From contig CAWCPV010000002.1 in NCBI GenBank assembly GCA_963797555.1, positions 128,001 through 192,000 on the forward strand: a DNA stretch of 64,000 bases. The letters are read 5' to 3'. Source of the stretch: an uncultured Gammaproteobacteria bacterium. GTDB lineage: Bacteria > Pseudomonadota > Gammaproteobacteria > CAWCPV01. Position 1 is the first letter of the stretch. Every line of letters starts with the position of its first letter. The notes under the pieces were generated by a model. It was not told the DNA's origin. It saw only the letters and a program-made list of their open reading frames with translations, and did not search any database. A program made the translations under genes and the position numbers. This document shows positions 20,135 to 30,031 of the stretch, piece after piece.

Positions 20135-20944
20135 ATGCTGCAAGTCCTGCCCCCCAAGAGTCTGCTGCGTGCGGCCGGCCGTGCCATAGGCGACTATGAC
20201 ATGATCCGCGACGGGGACCGCATCCTGCTGGGACTGTCCGGCGGCAAGGACTCCCTCTCTCTGCTGGTCATCCTGCGTCACCTGCAACAGAGGGCGCCAG
20301 TGCGGTTCGCGCTGGGAGCGGTCACCGTGGACCCCCTGGTGGCGGGCTTCGATCCCTCCCCCTTGAAGCCGGTCGTGGCCGGCCTGGGTATCCCCTACCA
20401 TTACCGTCAGCAAGCCATCCTGGAGCAGGCTCAGCGGCACATGGGGAACGATTCGTTCTGTGCTTTCTGCGCCCGCATGAAACGCGGCGTCATGTACCAC
20501 ACGGCTCGCCAGGAAGGCTACAACGTGCTGGCCCTCGCCCAGCACCTCGACGATGTGGCCGAAAGTTTTCTGATGTCGGCCTTCTTTGCCGGCCAGTTGC
20601 ACACCATGCGGGCGCACTACGTCAACGACGCCGGCGATGTGCGCGTCATCCGCCCGCTGATCTATGTGCGGGAGCGCCAACTGACGGACTTCGCTCGGAT
20701 CAAATGCCTTCCTGTCATCGGGGACAACTGCCCAGCCTGCTTCCGCGCGCCGACGCAGCGGGAGCACGTCAAGGCACTGCTCGCTGCAGAGGAGCGAAGT
20801 AGCCCTCCACTCTTCAACAACCTGCTGTCCGCCATGCGCTCCCTGTTGGGAGAGACCGTGTTGAAGCGCCCAACCGCAATCGGGCCTGCTGCCCCTGTCG
20901 CTTCTCAGCCGATGCGCGCCCATGGTCACCGTCGCCACCTTTGA
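20135..20944 (+). CDS. ttcA: TtcA-family tRNA 2-thiocytidine biosynthesis protein
   Basis: PP-loop SGGKDS, CAFC and CPAC motifs, HLDD, VIRPL. Confidence 0.8.
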   Translation: MLQVLPPKSLLRAAGRAIGDYDMIRDGDRILLGLSGGKDSLSLLVILRHLQQRAPVRFALGAVTVDPLVAGFDPSPLKPVVAGLGIPYHYRQQAILEQAQRHMGNDSFCAFCARMKRGVMYHTARQEGYNVLALAQHLDDVAESFLMSAFFAGQLHTMRAHYVNDAGDVRVIRPLIYVRERQLTDFARIKCLPVIGDNCPACFRAPTQREHVKALLAAEERSSPPLFNNLLSAMRSLLGETVLKRPTAIGPAAPVASQPMRAHGHRRHL

Positions 20945-21158
20945 CACCCTACCTCAGGCGCATATCGCGCTGGGCCGCCTGCAGGCGGAGGGTATCGCCT
21001 GTCGGCTGGTGGACGAGCACATGGGCGACTATGGGATGCCGGCCAGCATCGCCGTGGGGGGCATCAAGCTGCAGGTGAGCGCCGAGGACTTGGCGGAAGC
21101 GCTCGCCGTGCTCGCGAGCGACCGGTCCGCAGATATCGCGGACCAAGAGCCGGGCTGA
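20922..21158 (+). CDS. DUF2007-like small protein
   Basis: VATF...AHI..G.L.AEGI...DE...GGIKLQV pattern. Confidence 0.7.
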   Translation: MVTVATFDTLPQAHIALGRLQAEGIACRLVDEHMGDYGMPASIAVGGIKLQVSAEDLAEALAVLASDRSADIADQEPG

Positions 21159-21300
21159 CAGGTCCTCCAAGGAGCACTGTGAATGGAGACCTCGAGTGTC
21201 CCCGCCGCCGCGTATGCCTCGAGTCGCGCACCCCGCGATTCACGCGGCGACGGGCGGCGGTCCGTGGGCGCCTGCTCATGGGCCACCCGCCCCCCGTGCG

Positions 21301-22491
21301 CTACGCCGCGGCGGGCGCGCAGACGCGGTTACGGCCGGCTTCCTTGGCGCGGTAGAGAGCGGCGTCGACCGCTGCCAGCAGCCTGTCCACGTCGGTTCCG
21401 TCGTGGGGAAAACTCACGACCCCGAAGCTGGCCGTCACCGAGACGCGGCCCCCACTGACAGGAACGTCCAGCCCCTGCAGGCTCTGGCGCAACCGTTCCG
21501 CCTCGGTCAGGGCGTCCGCGCGGCCGGTCTCGGGTAGGAGGCAAAGGAACTCCTCGCCGCCCCAGCGGCTGAGCGTGTCCTCCCGGCGGACACCACTCGC
21601 CGCCATCTCCGCCACGGTCTGCAGCACCTTGTCGCCGGCCTGGTGACCAAAGCGGTCATTGACGCCCTTGAAGCCATCGAGGTCGAACAAGACGAGGCTG
21701 CAAACGCGACCATGGCGTTCGCTGCGCCCCACCTCCGCCTCCAACTTGTGCTGCATCCCCCGGCGGTTGAGCAGGTCGGTCAGCGGATCGCGGCTGGCGA
21801 GGTGGTCCAGATATCGGTTGGTGACCGCCAGGCGCCGGGTCAGGTCCTCGGCCAAATAGCGTTGCGCGAATGCACCGACCACGCTGTGGTGGAGCAGTAC
21901 CGCGTTCGCCGTGAAGGCCGCGCCGAAGAGCGACAACAGCACGCCGACACAGGACTGGAGGACCGAGCCCGCCGAGATCAGTGCCCACACCGTCAGCGCG
22001 ACGGCGAGCCCGAAGAAGCCCAGGAATGCCGGCAGCACTGCCACGACGACGGGAAGAGCGCAAAGAGAGACGCTACCCACCACGATGACGCTCAGAAGTC
22101 GCAGCACCACGTCGCCGGCCGGCACGACCAGCCAAATGACCGAGCCCCATCCGAGCCCCATCGCCGTCGAGAGCACGACCGACAGGAGATACCAGGCCCG
22201 CCCCCGGACGGCAGGTGCAGGAAGCCGGCGATACCATCTCACGGCCGTCGCCCAAGCGAGGATCCCCAGGCCGACGGTCGTACCCCAGGAGGCGAGCCGT
22301 ACCAGGGGGGCACTGTCGCGCAGCAGATAGCCCAGCGCCACCAGCCCCAAGGCGAAGGCCAGTGGGACGCTGTGGGGCTGGCTGAAGAACATGCGGACCT
22401 GCTCCGCCCGCACGTGCTGCGCCCTTTCGGGGCTATAGGCTGAGGGGACGTAACCCGAGCGCGAAGGGCTGCGCAGCGCCGGGTCCTTCAT
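21301..22491 (-). CDS. Membrane-bound diguanylate cyclase
   Basis: Multiple TM helices, DPLT.LLNRR, GGEEF with RxxD I-site. Confidence 0.9.
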   Translation of the reverse strand: MKDPALRSPSRSGYVPSAYSPERAQHVRAEQVRMFFSQPHSVPLAFALGLVALGYLLRDSAPLVRLASWGTTVGLGILAWATAVRWYRRLPAPAVRGRAWYLLSVVLSTAMGLGWGSVIWLVVPAGDVVLRLLSVIVVGSVSLCALPVVVAVLPAFLGFFGLAVALTVWALISAGSVLQSCVGVLLSLFGAAFTANAVLLHHSVVGAFAQRYLAEDLTRRLAVTNRYLDHLASRDPLTDLLNRRGMQHKLEAEVGRSERHGRVCSLVLFDLDGFKGVNDRFGHQAGDKVLQTVAEMAASGVRREDTLSRWGGEEFLCLLPETGRADALTEAERLRQSLQGLDVPVSGGRVSVTASFGVVSFPHDGTDVDRLLAAVDAALYRAKEAGRNRVCAPAAA

Positions 22492-22546
22492 CGCCTCCGC
22501 CCCACATGCCTGCCCGCATCCACGCGGCGGCTGGCGACGATGAGGC

Positions 22547-23725
22547 TCATGGCAGGAATAGGGCAAGCAAGTCGTTCAAGTAGCGCAGTCCCCGAGCAGT
22601 CGCCCGCACCTGTGCCGCATCCCATTCCAGGAGACCTCTTGCGCGGGCGCATTCCAAGGCCGGCTCGACCGAGATGAGAGCAACTCCGGTGCGCTCGGTG
22701 AGCAGACGCGTCGGAAAACCGTCGTCCAGACGCAGGGCGTTCATCATGAACTCCAACACGGCCTCGCGATCCGCGGGGCGTCTCTCGCCTGCCACGCGGA
22801 CCGGCAGGGGGGCATCACTCAGGTAGGCATGGGGATGCTTGACCTTCCAGCGCCGCCGGATGCCCTCGGACCCGGTGAGCTTGTCGTGTGCGCCCGCCCC
22901 TATTCCCAAGTAGTCGCCGAACAGCCAGTAGTTCAAGTTGTGCCGGCAACGATGGCCTGCGCGGGCGTATGCCGAGACTTCGTAACGGCGGTATCCTGCC
23001 CTGACCAGCTCGGCGACCGCGCGCTGTTGCATCTGCCAGATGACGTCCTCTTCGGGCAGCTTCGGGGGAAAGCGCGCGAATCGGGTATTGGGCTCGATGG
23101 TCAGCTGGTAGTAGGAGAGATGGGGGGGCTCCAGCGCCGCGGCAGTGCGCATGTCCGCGAGGGCCTGAGCCGGGCTCTGGCCGGGCAGCCCGAACATCAG
23201 GTCGAGATTGTAGCTTTGGAAGCCGACCTGTTGCGCCGCCTCTGCGGCCGCGATCGCCTCGGCCCGACCATGGACCCGTCCGATGCTTCGGAGCAGATCG
23301 TCCTCGAAGCTCTGCACGCCGACGGATAGGCGGTTGACGCCGGCGGCTCGCATCTCGGCCAGCGCGCCGCGTTCGACCGTGCCGGGGTTGGCCTCCACGG
23401 TGATCTCCGCCTCCAGAGAGACGGGTAATACGCGCCGCACACCGCAAAGCAGGCGTTCGATCGCCTCGGGGGAGAGCAGGCTAGGCGTGCCGCCACCGAC
23501 AAAGATCGACTCCACGATACGCCCCTGCGCCAGCGCGACGTCCTGCTCCAAGTCCGCGAGAAGGGCGTCGATATAGGCGTCCTCCGGTAGAGCGCCTTTC
23601 ACCTCGTGGGAGTTGAAGTCGCAGTATGGGCATTTGCGGACACACCAGGGAATGTGGACGTACAGCGTAAGCGGCGGCAGGATCTGCAAGCGTGGCGCCG
23701 CGAAGAGGCTGTGCTGCGTCACCAC
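22547..23725 (-). CDS. hemW: Radical SAM heme chaperone HemW
   Basis: LYVHIPWCVRKCPYCDFNS, GGGTPS, HNLNYW..GDYLGIG; start approximate. Confidence 0.9.
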   Translation of the reverse strand: MVTQHSLFAAPRLQILPPLTLYVHIPWCVRKCPYCDFNSHEVKGALPEDAYIDALLADLEQDVALAQGRIVESIFVGGGTPSLLSPEAIERLLCGVRRVLPVSLEAEITVEANPGTVERGALAEMRAAGVNRLSVGVQSFEDDLLRSIGRVHGRAEAIAAAEAAQQVGFQSYNLDLMFGLPGQSPAQALADMRTAAALEPPHLSYYQLTIEPNTRFARFPPKLPEEDVIWQMQQRAVAELVRAGYRRYEVSAYARAGHRCRHNLNYWLFGDYLGIGAGAHDKLTGSEGIRRRWKVKHPHAYLSDAPLPVRVAGERRPADREAVLEFMMNALRLDDGFPTRLLTERTGVALISVEPALECARARGLLEWDAAQVRATARGLRYLNDLLALFLP

Positions 23726-23873
23726 GGGCCGGCGCGCCTCACTGACGATGGCCCCCCGACTGCGCCCGCCGGCGCACGGGTCCGCGCCCGTCGGGCGTCT
23801 CCGTTGTCTTCGAGTTCTGCCGCCCCGGACGCCTGTCCGCATCGCCCCGCCGCCACGGACCGGGAATCGGCTG

Positions 23874-25247
23874 TCAGAGCTGCTTCACCCCGTGGATCAG
23901 CTCGCCGACCATCTTCTGCCCGTCGCCGTACAGCATGCGGGTCTGGTCTGCATAGAACAGCAGGTTCTCGATGCCGGCAAAGCCCTTGCCCGCCCCGCGC
24001 TTGATAACGATCACGTTCTTCGCCTTGTCGACGTCCAGGATGGGCATCCCGTAGATGGGGCTGCTGGCATCGCTGCGCGCCGCCGGGTTGACCACGTCGT
24101 TTGCCCCGATGACCAGCGCCACGTCGGCCTGGGGGAACTCCGGGTTGATCTCTTCCAGGTCGGAGATCTTGTCGTAAGGCACGTTGGCCTCCGCCAGCAG
24201 CACGTTCATGTGCCCGGGCATACGCCCCGCCACCGGATGGATTGCGAACTTGACCGTGACCCCGTGCGCCTCCAGTACCTGAGTCAGCTCCCAAAGCTTG
24301 TGCTGAGCCTGCGCCACGGCCATGCCGTATCCGGGCACGATGATGACCTTGTTGGAATAAGCGAGCATGATGGCCGCATCGGTCGCCTCGATGGGCTTCA
24401 AGCTCCCCTCGATACCCTCGGGGGTCGCAGTCTCCTTGGCGCCGAAGCCGCTGAAGAGCACGTTCGCGAGGGAGCGGTTCATGGCCTTGGCCATCAACTG
24501 CGTGAGCAGCGTACCGGCGGCGCCCACCACGGTGCCCGCAATGATCATGGCGGCGTTGTTGAGGACAAAGCCCTCAAAGCCAACCGCAAGACCGGTGAGC
24601 GCGTTGTAAAGCGAGATGATGACGGGCATGTCGGCGCCCCCGATGGGGAGTGTCATGAGCACGCCGAACACCAAAGCCGCGGCGAAGAATACGGCCACGA
24701 CGGGGAAGCTCGTCCCCCCCGCCACGAAAGCAATGCCGAGCACGAGACACAGGGCGAAGACCACCAGGTTGAACAGATTCTGCCCACTGAACACCAGCGA
24801 CCTCTTGAGGATGCCCTGGAGCTTGGCGAAGGCGATGAGAGAGCCCGAAAAAGACACTGCTCCAATCAGTCCACCCAGCACGGCAAGCGCCATGGTCATC
24901 GTGGGAAGGGCGTGTCCCCCGACCACCTTGATCAGCTCCACCGCCCCGATGGTGCCGGCAGCACCGCCACCCATACCGTTATAGAGAGCCACCATCTGGG
25001 GCATGGCGGTCATCGGCACGCGCTTGGCGGCGACCCACGCGATGACTGAGCCGACGAACACCGCGGTGACCATGAGCACGTAGTTCTGCATGCCTGGCCA
25101 GGCAAACGTCACCAGGGTCGCGATGAGCATGCCGATTCCGGCCCAGATGATGCCTCCCACGGCCGTCACCGGAGAGCTCATACGCTTGAGCCCCATGATG
25201 AACAGGAAAGCGGCCAGGAAGTACGACGCTTGGATCAGGGTGTTCAT
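23874..25247 (-). CDS. pntB: NAD(P) transhydrogenase beta subunit
   Basis: VPGYGMAVAQAQH, HPVAGRMPGHMNVLLAE, GANDVVNP. Confidence 0.95.
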   Translation of the reverse strand: MNTLIQASYFLAAFLFIMGLKRMSSPVTAVGGIIWAGIGMLIATLVTFAWPGMQNYVLMVTAVFVGSVIAWVAAKRVPMTAMPQMVALYNGMGGGAAGTIGAVELIKVVGGHALPTMTMALAVLGGLIGAVSFSGSLIAFAKLQGILKRSLVFSGQNLFNLVVFALCLVLGIAFVAGGTSFPVVAVFFAAALVFGVLMTLPIGGADMPVIISLYNALTGLAVGFEGFVLNNAAMIIAGTVVGAAGTLLTQLMAKAMNRSLANVLFSGFGAKETATPEGIEGSLKPIEATDAAIMLAYSNKVIIVPGYGMAVAQAQHKLWELTQVLEAHGVTVKFAIHPVAGRMPGHMNVLLAEANVPYDKISDLEEINPEFPQADVALVIGANDVVNPAARSDASSPIYGMPILDVDKAKNVIVIKRGAGKGFAGIENLLFYADQTRMLYGDGQKMVGELIHGVKQL

Positions 25248-25538
25248 CTAGCGGCGCTCCTTGCTGCTCTTGAACATCTCGAGCATGCGCTCGGTCACCG
25301 CATAGCCGCCCACCGCGTTGCCGGCGCCGAGAAGGACGCCCACGAAGCCGATCACCTGCTCCGAGGTGGTTTCCGCGTGGCCCAGGGCCACCATGGCGCC
25401 GACCAGCACGATCCCGTGCACGAAGTTGGAGCCCGACATCAGTGGCGTGTGCAGGATGACCGGCACCCGCGCGATCACCTCGTAGCCGGTGAAGGCGGCA
25501 AGCATAAAGATATATAAGGCGATAAACCCTTCGATCAT
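25248..25538 (-). CDS. pntA: NAD(P) transhydrogenase alpha subunit part 2
   Basis: LHTPLMSGSN, VGGYAVTERMLEMF. Confidence 0.92.
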   Translation of the reverse strand: MIEGFIALYIFMLAAFTGYEVIARVPVILHTPLMSGSNFVHGIVLVGAMVALGHAETTSEQVIGFVGVLLGAGNAVGGYAVTERMLEMFKSSKERR

Positions 25539-26668
25539 TTGGACGCTCCTTCCACCATCTGTCGCGTCGGCTCGTGCCGTATTTGGCCGTCACGCGTGAG
25601 CGTACTGCCCCGGAGGACCTCGTCCTCCCAATCGGGGGCGAACGAGCCGTCCTTGATCATCAGCAACAGCAGGTTGTAGAGGTTCTTCGCATACAGCTCG
25701 CTCGCATGCACGCAGAGCATGCTGGGGACGTTGAGCGGCCCATAGACCGTGACTCCGTTGTGAACCAGTTGCTCGCCCGGGCGGGTCAGCTCGCAGTTGC
25801 CGCCAAATTCGGCCGCGAGGTCCACGATGACCGCACCCGGCTTCATGCGCTCCACCATGGCGGCAGTGATGATGCGCGGCGCCGGGCGCCCGGGGACGGC
25901 CGCCGTGCTGAGGACCACGTCCGCCGCTCCGATGTGCTGCGCCAGCAGTTCCTGCTGTTTCTGCTTCTCCTCATCGGTCAGCTCGCGGGCGTAGCCGCCG
26001 GTCCCTTCGGCCTTGACATCGAGCTCCACGAACTTTGCGCCGAGCGACTGGACCTCCTGCTTGGTGGCGGGACGCACGTCGTAGGCTTCGACCATCGCGC
26101 CCAGCCGCTTGGCCGTAGCGATGGCCTGCAGGCCCGCAACGCCCGCGCCGATCACCAACACCCGCGCCGGGCGGATGGTTCCCGCAGCCGTGGTGAGCAT
26201 CGGCAGGAAGCGCCCGGTCAGGCGCGCCGCCATCAGCACAGCCTCGTAGCCAGCCGCCGAGGCCTGGGAGGACAGCGCGTCCATGCCCTGCGCGCGGGAG
26301 ATGCGGGGCACCAGCTCCATCGCCAGGCTGGTAATCTTCCGGTCTCGCATGCGCGCCACGCGTTCGGGGTAGCGGTACGGAGCCATGAAGCCCACCACCA
26401 CGGCCCCTTCGCGCATCAAATCGATAGCCCGCTCGTCCGGCGGCTGGACGGTGAGCACCACATCCGCTTCCGGATAGAGGGCCTCTGGGCTCTCCACCAC
26501 CCGGGCGCCGACAAAGTCCCCGTCTTGGATGAAAGCGCCGGAGCCCGCGCCCTTTTCCACTAGCACCTCGGCACCCAATTTGGTCAGGCGCGCCACCACA
26601 TCCGGCACGCACGCGACCCGCCGCTCGCCCGGCGCAGTCTCCTTGGGCACAGCTATGCGTATCGGCAT
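25535..26668 (-). CDS. pntA: NAD(P) transhydrogenase alpha subunit part 1
   Basis: PKET..GERRVA, PRISRAQ.MD.LSSQ, GAGVAGLQA. Confidence 0.93.
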   Translation of the reverse strand: MPIRIAVPKETAPGERRVACVPDVVARLTKLGAEVLVEKGAGSGAFIQDGDFVGARVVESPEALYPEADVVLTVQPPDERAIDLMREGAVVVGFMAPYRYPERVARMRDRKITSLAMELVPRISRAQGMDALSSQASAAGYEAVLMAARLTGRFLPMLTTAAGTIRPARVLVIGAGVAGLQAIATAKRLGAMVEAYDVRPATKQEVQSLGAKFVELDVKAEGTGGYARELTDEEKQKQQELLAQHIGAADVVLSTAAVPGRPAPRIITAAMVERMKPGAVIVDLAAEFGGNCELTRPGEQLVHNGVTVYGPLNVPSMLCVHASELYAKNLYNLLLLMIKDGSFAPDWEDEVLRGSTLTRDGQIRHEPTRQMVEGASK

Positions 26669-27505
26669 CTTTCTATCTCCCAACATGCGGGGCGGTTGTG
26701 CGCGAACCTTCCGGACACGAGACAGCGCCGCGTGGAACCGGCAGCGGGCTGCGAGGCGACCCGCGCCCGAAACACCGGACACCTCAGACCGCCGCGTGAA
26801 AGAAGATAGCTCGGCGGCAAGAGCAGAAAGGCGGCGGCACGCCGCCGTCGGAAAAGTGGAATGGCCCGCCCACGCCCGAGCGGCCCCGTCCGTTCGGAGG
26901 GGTGGAAGTTCTTCGACCGCCCCTAGAGCGACAAAGGCCGACGCCCTCATCGCCCCGCCCATCCCGTCCCGCAGCAGAGCCGCGCGCCGACAGGGCTTCG
27001 ACGCGCCACTTTATATCACCCTGGGGGCGCAGCCAGCAACCTCGGGCCGAGGCAGCTTCGGTGCGTGGCGTCCAGAGGCACCCGCCCGACACCCGTCATG
27101 GCCCCCTCCGCGTCCGCAGCGCAGTCCTACACCCTGCTGCCCGGTCGTGAAGCTTCGGAAAAGGACCCGGCGACTGCGACCCACGGCCCCGTGGGCCGCA
27201 GCCCCCAATGGCGGAGCACGCCTCGGGTGACGGGGTCTCGCGTTACCGGAACCAGCTCTCGATGGCGATCACACGGCGCGGTGCCGCACGCCGCGGGCCG
27301 TATGTGCCCTCACTCTACGTCGAAGCTGAGGGCACACGGCTCAAGCCACACCCTTGACAGTCCTCGTCATCGCATACAGCGAGTGCACGCAATCCTGGGC
27401 CAGGGATGCCGAGCCATGCCGCCCGCCCCGGCGGGATTCCCGTTTCCCAGCCGTGATGACGGTCGGGACCAAGAGTTGTGTGTGATGGCATGCGTTTGGG
27501 CGTGT

Positions 27506-27934
27506 CTACGCAGCGCCGGAGCTGCCTGAAGAGCCGTCCCGCCGCCACAGACGATCTGCGCTCCAGGAGCCTCCTCCCGCGACGGCTAGGTAAAGAAACA
27601 CAAAGCTATATAGCACCGCCGAGTCCCCTCTGTTCAATACCGGCCAGAACCCCTGCGGCGCATGCGCCATGAAGTAGGCTACTGCCATTTCCCCGGACAG
27701 CAGGAAAGCTATCGGCCGGGTGAACAGCCCCAGCAGCACGAGCAGCCCACCGAAGAATTCCAGAATCCCGGCCACCCCCATCAGCGACAGTAGAGGATGC
27801 GCGCCGTGTGCAGGGGCCGGGAAGCCGAACAGCTTCTGGCCCCCATGCTGCATGAACAGGAACGCCGTGACGATTCGTAACACGCTCAGAAAGCGCGGCG
27901 ACCACTGCGAATACAACGAGGTCAGATCGCCCAT
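27506..27934 (-). CDS. DoxX-family membrane protein
   Basis: LRI...F.FM.HG.QKL, LLGLFTR..AF.L.GEMAVAY. Confidence 0.88.
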   Translation of the reverse strand: MGDLTSLYSQWSPRFLSVLRIVTAFLFMQHGGQKLFGFPAPAHGAHPLLSLMGVAGILEFFGGLLVLLGLFTRPIAFLLSGEMAVAYFMAHAPQGFWPVLNRGDSAVLYSFVFLYLAVAGGGSWSADRLWRRDGSSGSSGAA

Positions 27935-27949
27935 GCCTTACCTCTCAAT

Positions 27950-28405
27950 GTCAGGAAGAATCCTCGGTTCTCAGGCTCGATAACACAGCCCAACGACTGG
28001 CACGCGTTAGGTGCAGCCGCGTGGCTAGCTTAGCACGGCCCGGTCCCGCAGAGCGCAGTCGCGAGGCGACGCCCGCCGTGGTGCTGCTGACCGAGCAGGC
28101 GAGTTGGGTGCAGCGCATGTAAAAGGCGCACAGCCCCTCGGCGCGTTCTGCCGGCGGCTGTGCGCCCGCATGGACAAGCCGCGGGCCAACTACCGCCACC
28201 GCCCACAAGCTCGCCAGCATGGTGTACTTCATGATGACCCGTGGCGATGCCTTCGTCGACCAAGGCCAGCAGCGCTACGAAGAACAGCAGCGCCAGCGCA
28301 GCATCGCAGCCCTGAAGCGGCGTGCCGCCGCATTGGGCTTCGAGATCGACCCACTGGGCACGGACTGCATGAGATTCAGCCGCCCTTAGTTCTGTTTCTT
28401 GAGAG
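27950..28405 (+). mobile_element. Internally deleted IS110-family remnant
   Basis: Fragments LLTEQASWVQRM* and LGAFCRRLCARMDKPRAN/TATAHKLASMVYFMMTRGDAFVDQGQQRYEEQQRQRSIAALKRRAAALGF resemble IS110 transposase; left boundary inferred. Confidence 0.65.
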
Positions 28406-29118
28406 CGCGGCCCTTCCGCTGTGCAACGGCGTGCCGAGCGCTACGCGGCGTCTCCTTCGGAGCTAGAGGGTGCGAAGGCTGGGGCAGCCTCTGGCATCCC
28501 TATCATCTGCATGCTCTCGGGGCGCGACGTTAACACCGCGCGCTGCAACACTTCGCCTTCGCTCTTTGGAATGTTCGCGCATGCGGCGAGGAAGGGAGTT
28601 GGCCCCGGTTGGGCCTGTGCGAGGATGCGATACGTCAATGGTCGGCTAGTGAAGCTGGTGAAATCCGGGACGATGACGGAACGTACGCGGCGGCCCAATA
28701 CCTGCTGAAGCTTCCACAGGAGCGGCGCAAGGATCTGAGCCGGCTCGATGGGCGTGAGGTAAAGGGCCACGCTGTAAATGTCGGCCGACTCGGGGCGGGG
28801 TGCGTCCTCTGAACAGCGCTCTGGCGTGGAACCGATGTCGGACGAGACGAGTAGAGTCGCCCCTGACAACAACCACCCTGCGGTAACGCTGCCGGGAAGG
28901 CACCCCCCGAGCACAAGCCAGGACCGGGTATACTGCAGAGCTGGTTCAGCCCTGTCCGCGGCCACACCCCCTTCCGTGGGCGCGTGTTGGAGCGTAACTT
29001 TGGCCACACCGCAGCTCCGAACGGCGTGCGTCAACCCGCTGGCGGGCCAACTAAGGGGGCCGCGCGTTGGGGTGCAGGCCGGTCACGGCGTCCCGGCTGC
29101 ACAGCGGGTTCTTGTTCG

Positions 29119-29147
29119 TTGACGCGGGTGGCCAATTTCTCAATAAT
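29119..29147 (+). promoter_or_regulatory. Putative sigma70 promoter
   Basis: TTGACG-17 bp-AATAAT upstream of the repeat-protein gene. Confidence 0.4.
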
Positions 29148-29272
29148 GCACCGGTCCGACGACCAGGCATCGTCGGCTTGGCCATTTTGTCGGATAGACA
29201 GAGTCGTTTCGAAGCGTGAGACAAAGTGGAACCCTGACTAATTGCTAAGAAAACCGCGAAAGGAGTCCAGAC

Positions 29273-29947
29273 ATGAAATTGCGTATGTTATTTGCTGCAA
29301 CCACGCTGCTCGCAGCGAGCCCACTAATCCTGGCTGCTGAAACCGGCGCTGCTCCATCGGAGAAGAAGGGAGTGGAGCAGGTGCAGCCGGCACCCTCCGC
29401 TAACGAGCTATCCCAGAGCGGCCAAGCTGGCGCCGCGGGCCAGGGCGCGATGGGCGGCCCTGGCGGCATGGGCGGCGGCCCCGGCGGTATGGGCGGGTAT
29501 CCCGGCATGGGCGGCCCCGGCGGCATGGGTGGCTATCCCGGCATGGGTGGCCCTGGCGGCATGGGTGGTCCCGGCGGTATGGGCGGGTATCCCGGCATGG
29601 GCGGCCCTGGCGGCATGGGTGGTGGCCCCGGCGGTATGGGCGGGTATCCCGGCATGGGCGGCCCCGGCGGCATGGGTGGCTATCCCGGCATGGGTGGCCC
29701 TGGCGGCATGGGCGGTGGCCCCGGCGGTATGGGCGGGTATCCCGGCATGGGTGGTCCGGAGGGAATGGGCGGTGGTCCCGGCATGGGCGGCCCCGGCGGC
29801 ATGGGCGGTGGAATGTCCGAGCTAGAAGGCCGACTGGAGATGCTCCAGTCGCTCGTCGAGCAGATGGACAAGCGGCTGGACCTGCTGCAGCACCTCATAG
29901 CTCCCTCCGAGCACGAGGTTGAAAAGAAGGAGGAGGAGAAGAAATAG
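29273..29947 (+). CDS. Exported Gly/Pro/Met-rich repeat protein with C-terminal amphipathic helix
   Basis: AAGGAG RBS, signal peptide, 19 GG(G/Y)P(G/E)GM-type units, heptad-like tail LEGRLEMLQSLVEQMDKRLDLL. Confidence 0.8.
   Translation: MKLRMLFAATTLLAASPLILAAETGAAPSEKKGVEQVQPAPSANELSQSGQAGAAGQGAMGGPGGMGGGPGGMGGYPGMGGPGGMGGYPGMGGPGGMGGPGGMGGYPGMGGPGGMGGGPGGMGGYPGMGGPGGMGGYPGMGGPGGMGGGPGGMGGYPGMGGPEGMGGGPGMGGPGGMGGGMSELEGRLEMLQSLVEQMDKRLDLLQHLIAPSEHEVEKKEEEKK
29450..29813 (+). repeat. Coding tandem repeat of 18/21-bp units
   Basis: Repeated GGCGGCCCYGGCGGYATG and GGYGGSTATCCCGGCATG units varying mainly at third codon positions. Confidence 0.9.
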
Positions 29948-30031
29948 CGTTTTCCGCCGGAGCGTTCGAAGCCCGGCGTTGAGGCACGGCACGGTGCGCG
30001 CGGGCTGTCCCGCGCGCACCGCTTTGAGGTC

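Noticed and set aside
17575-20944. Novel sulfur-relay cluster (thiS, thiG, trmB, rhodanese, ttcA-like)
   Set aside because: thiS-thiG-trmB is common synteny and the other genes are in separate orientations; no evidence of a joint system.
28420-29050. ORFs between the IS110 remnant and the repeat-protein gene
   Set aside because: No recognisable motif or RBS; possibly an eroded gene but not supportable.
29450-29813. Possible CRISPR array
   Set aside because: Units are contiguous, in frame and lack unique spacers; no cas genes. No CRISPR array was seen anywhere in the window.
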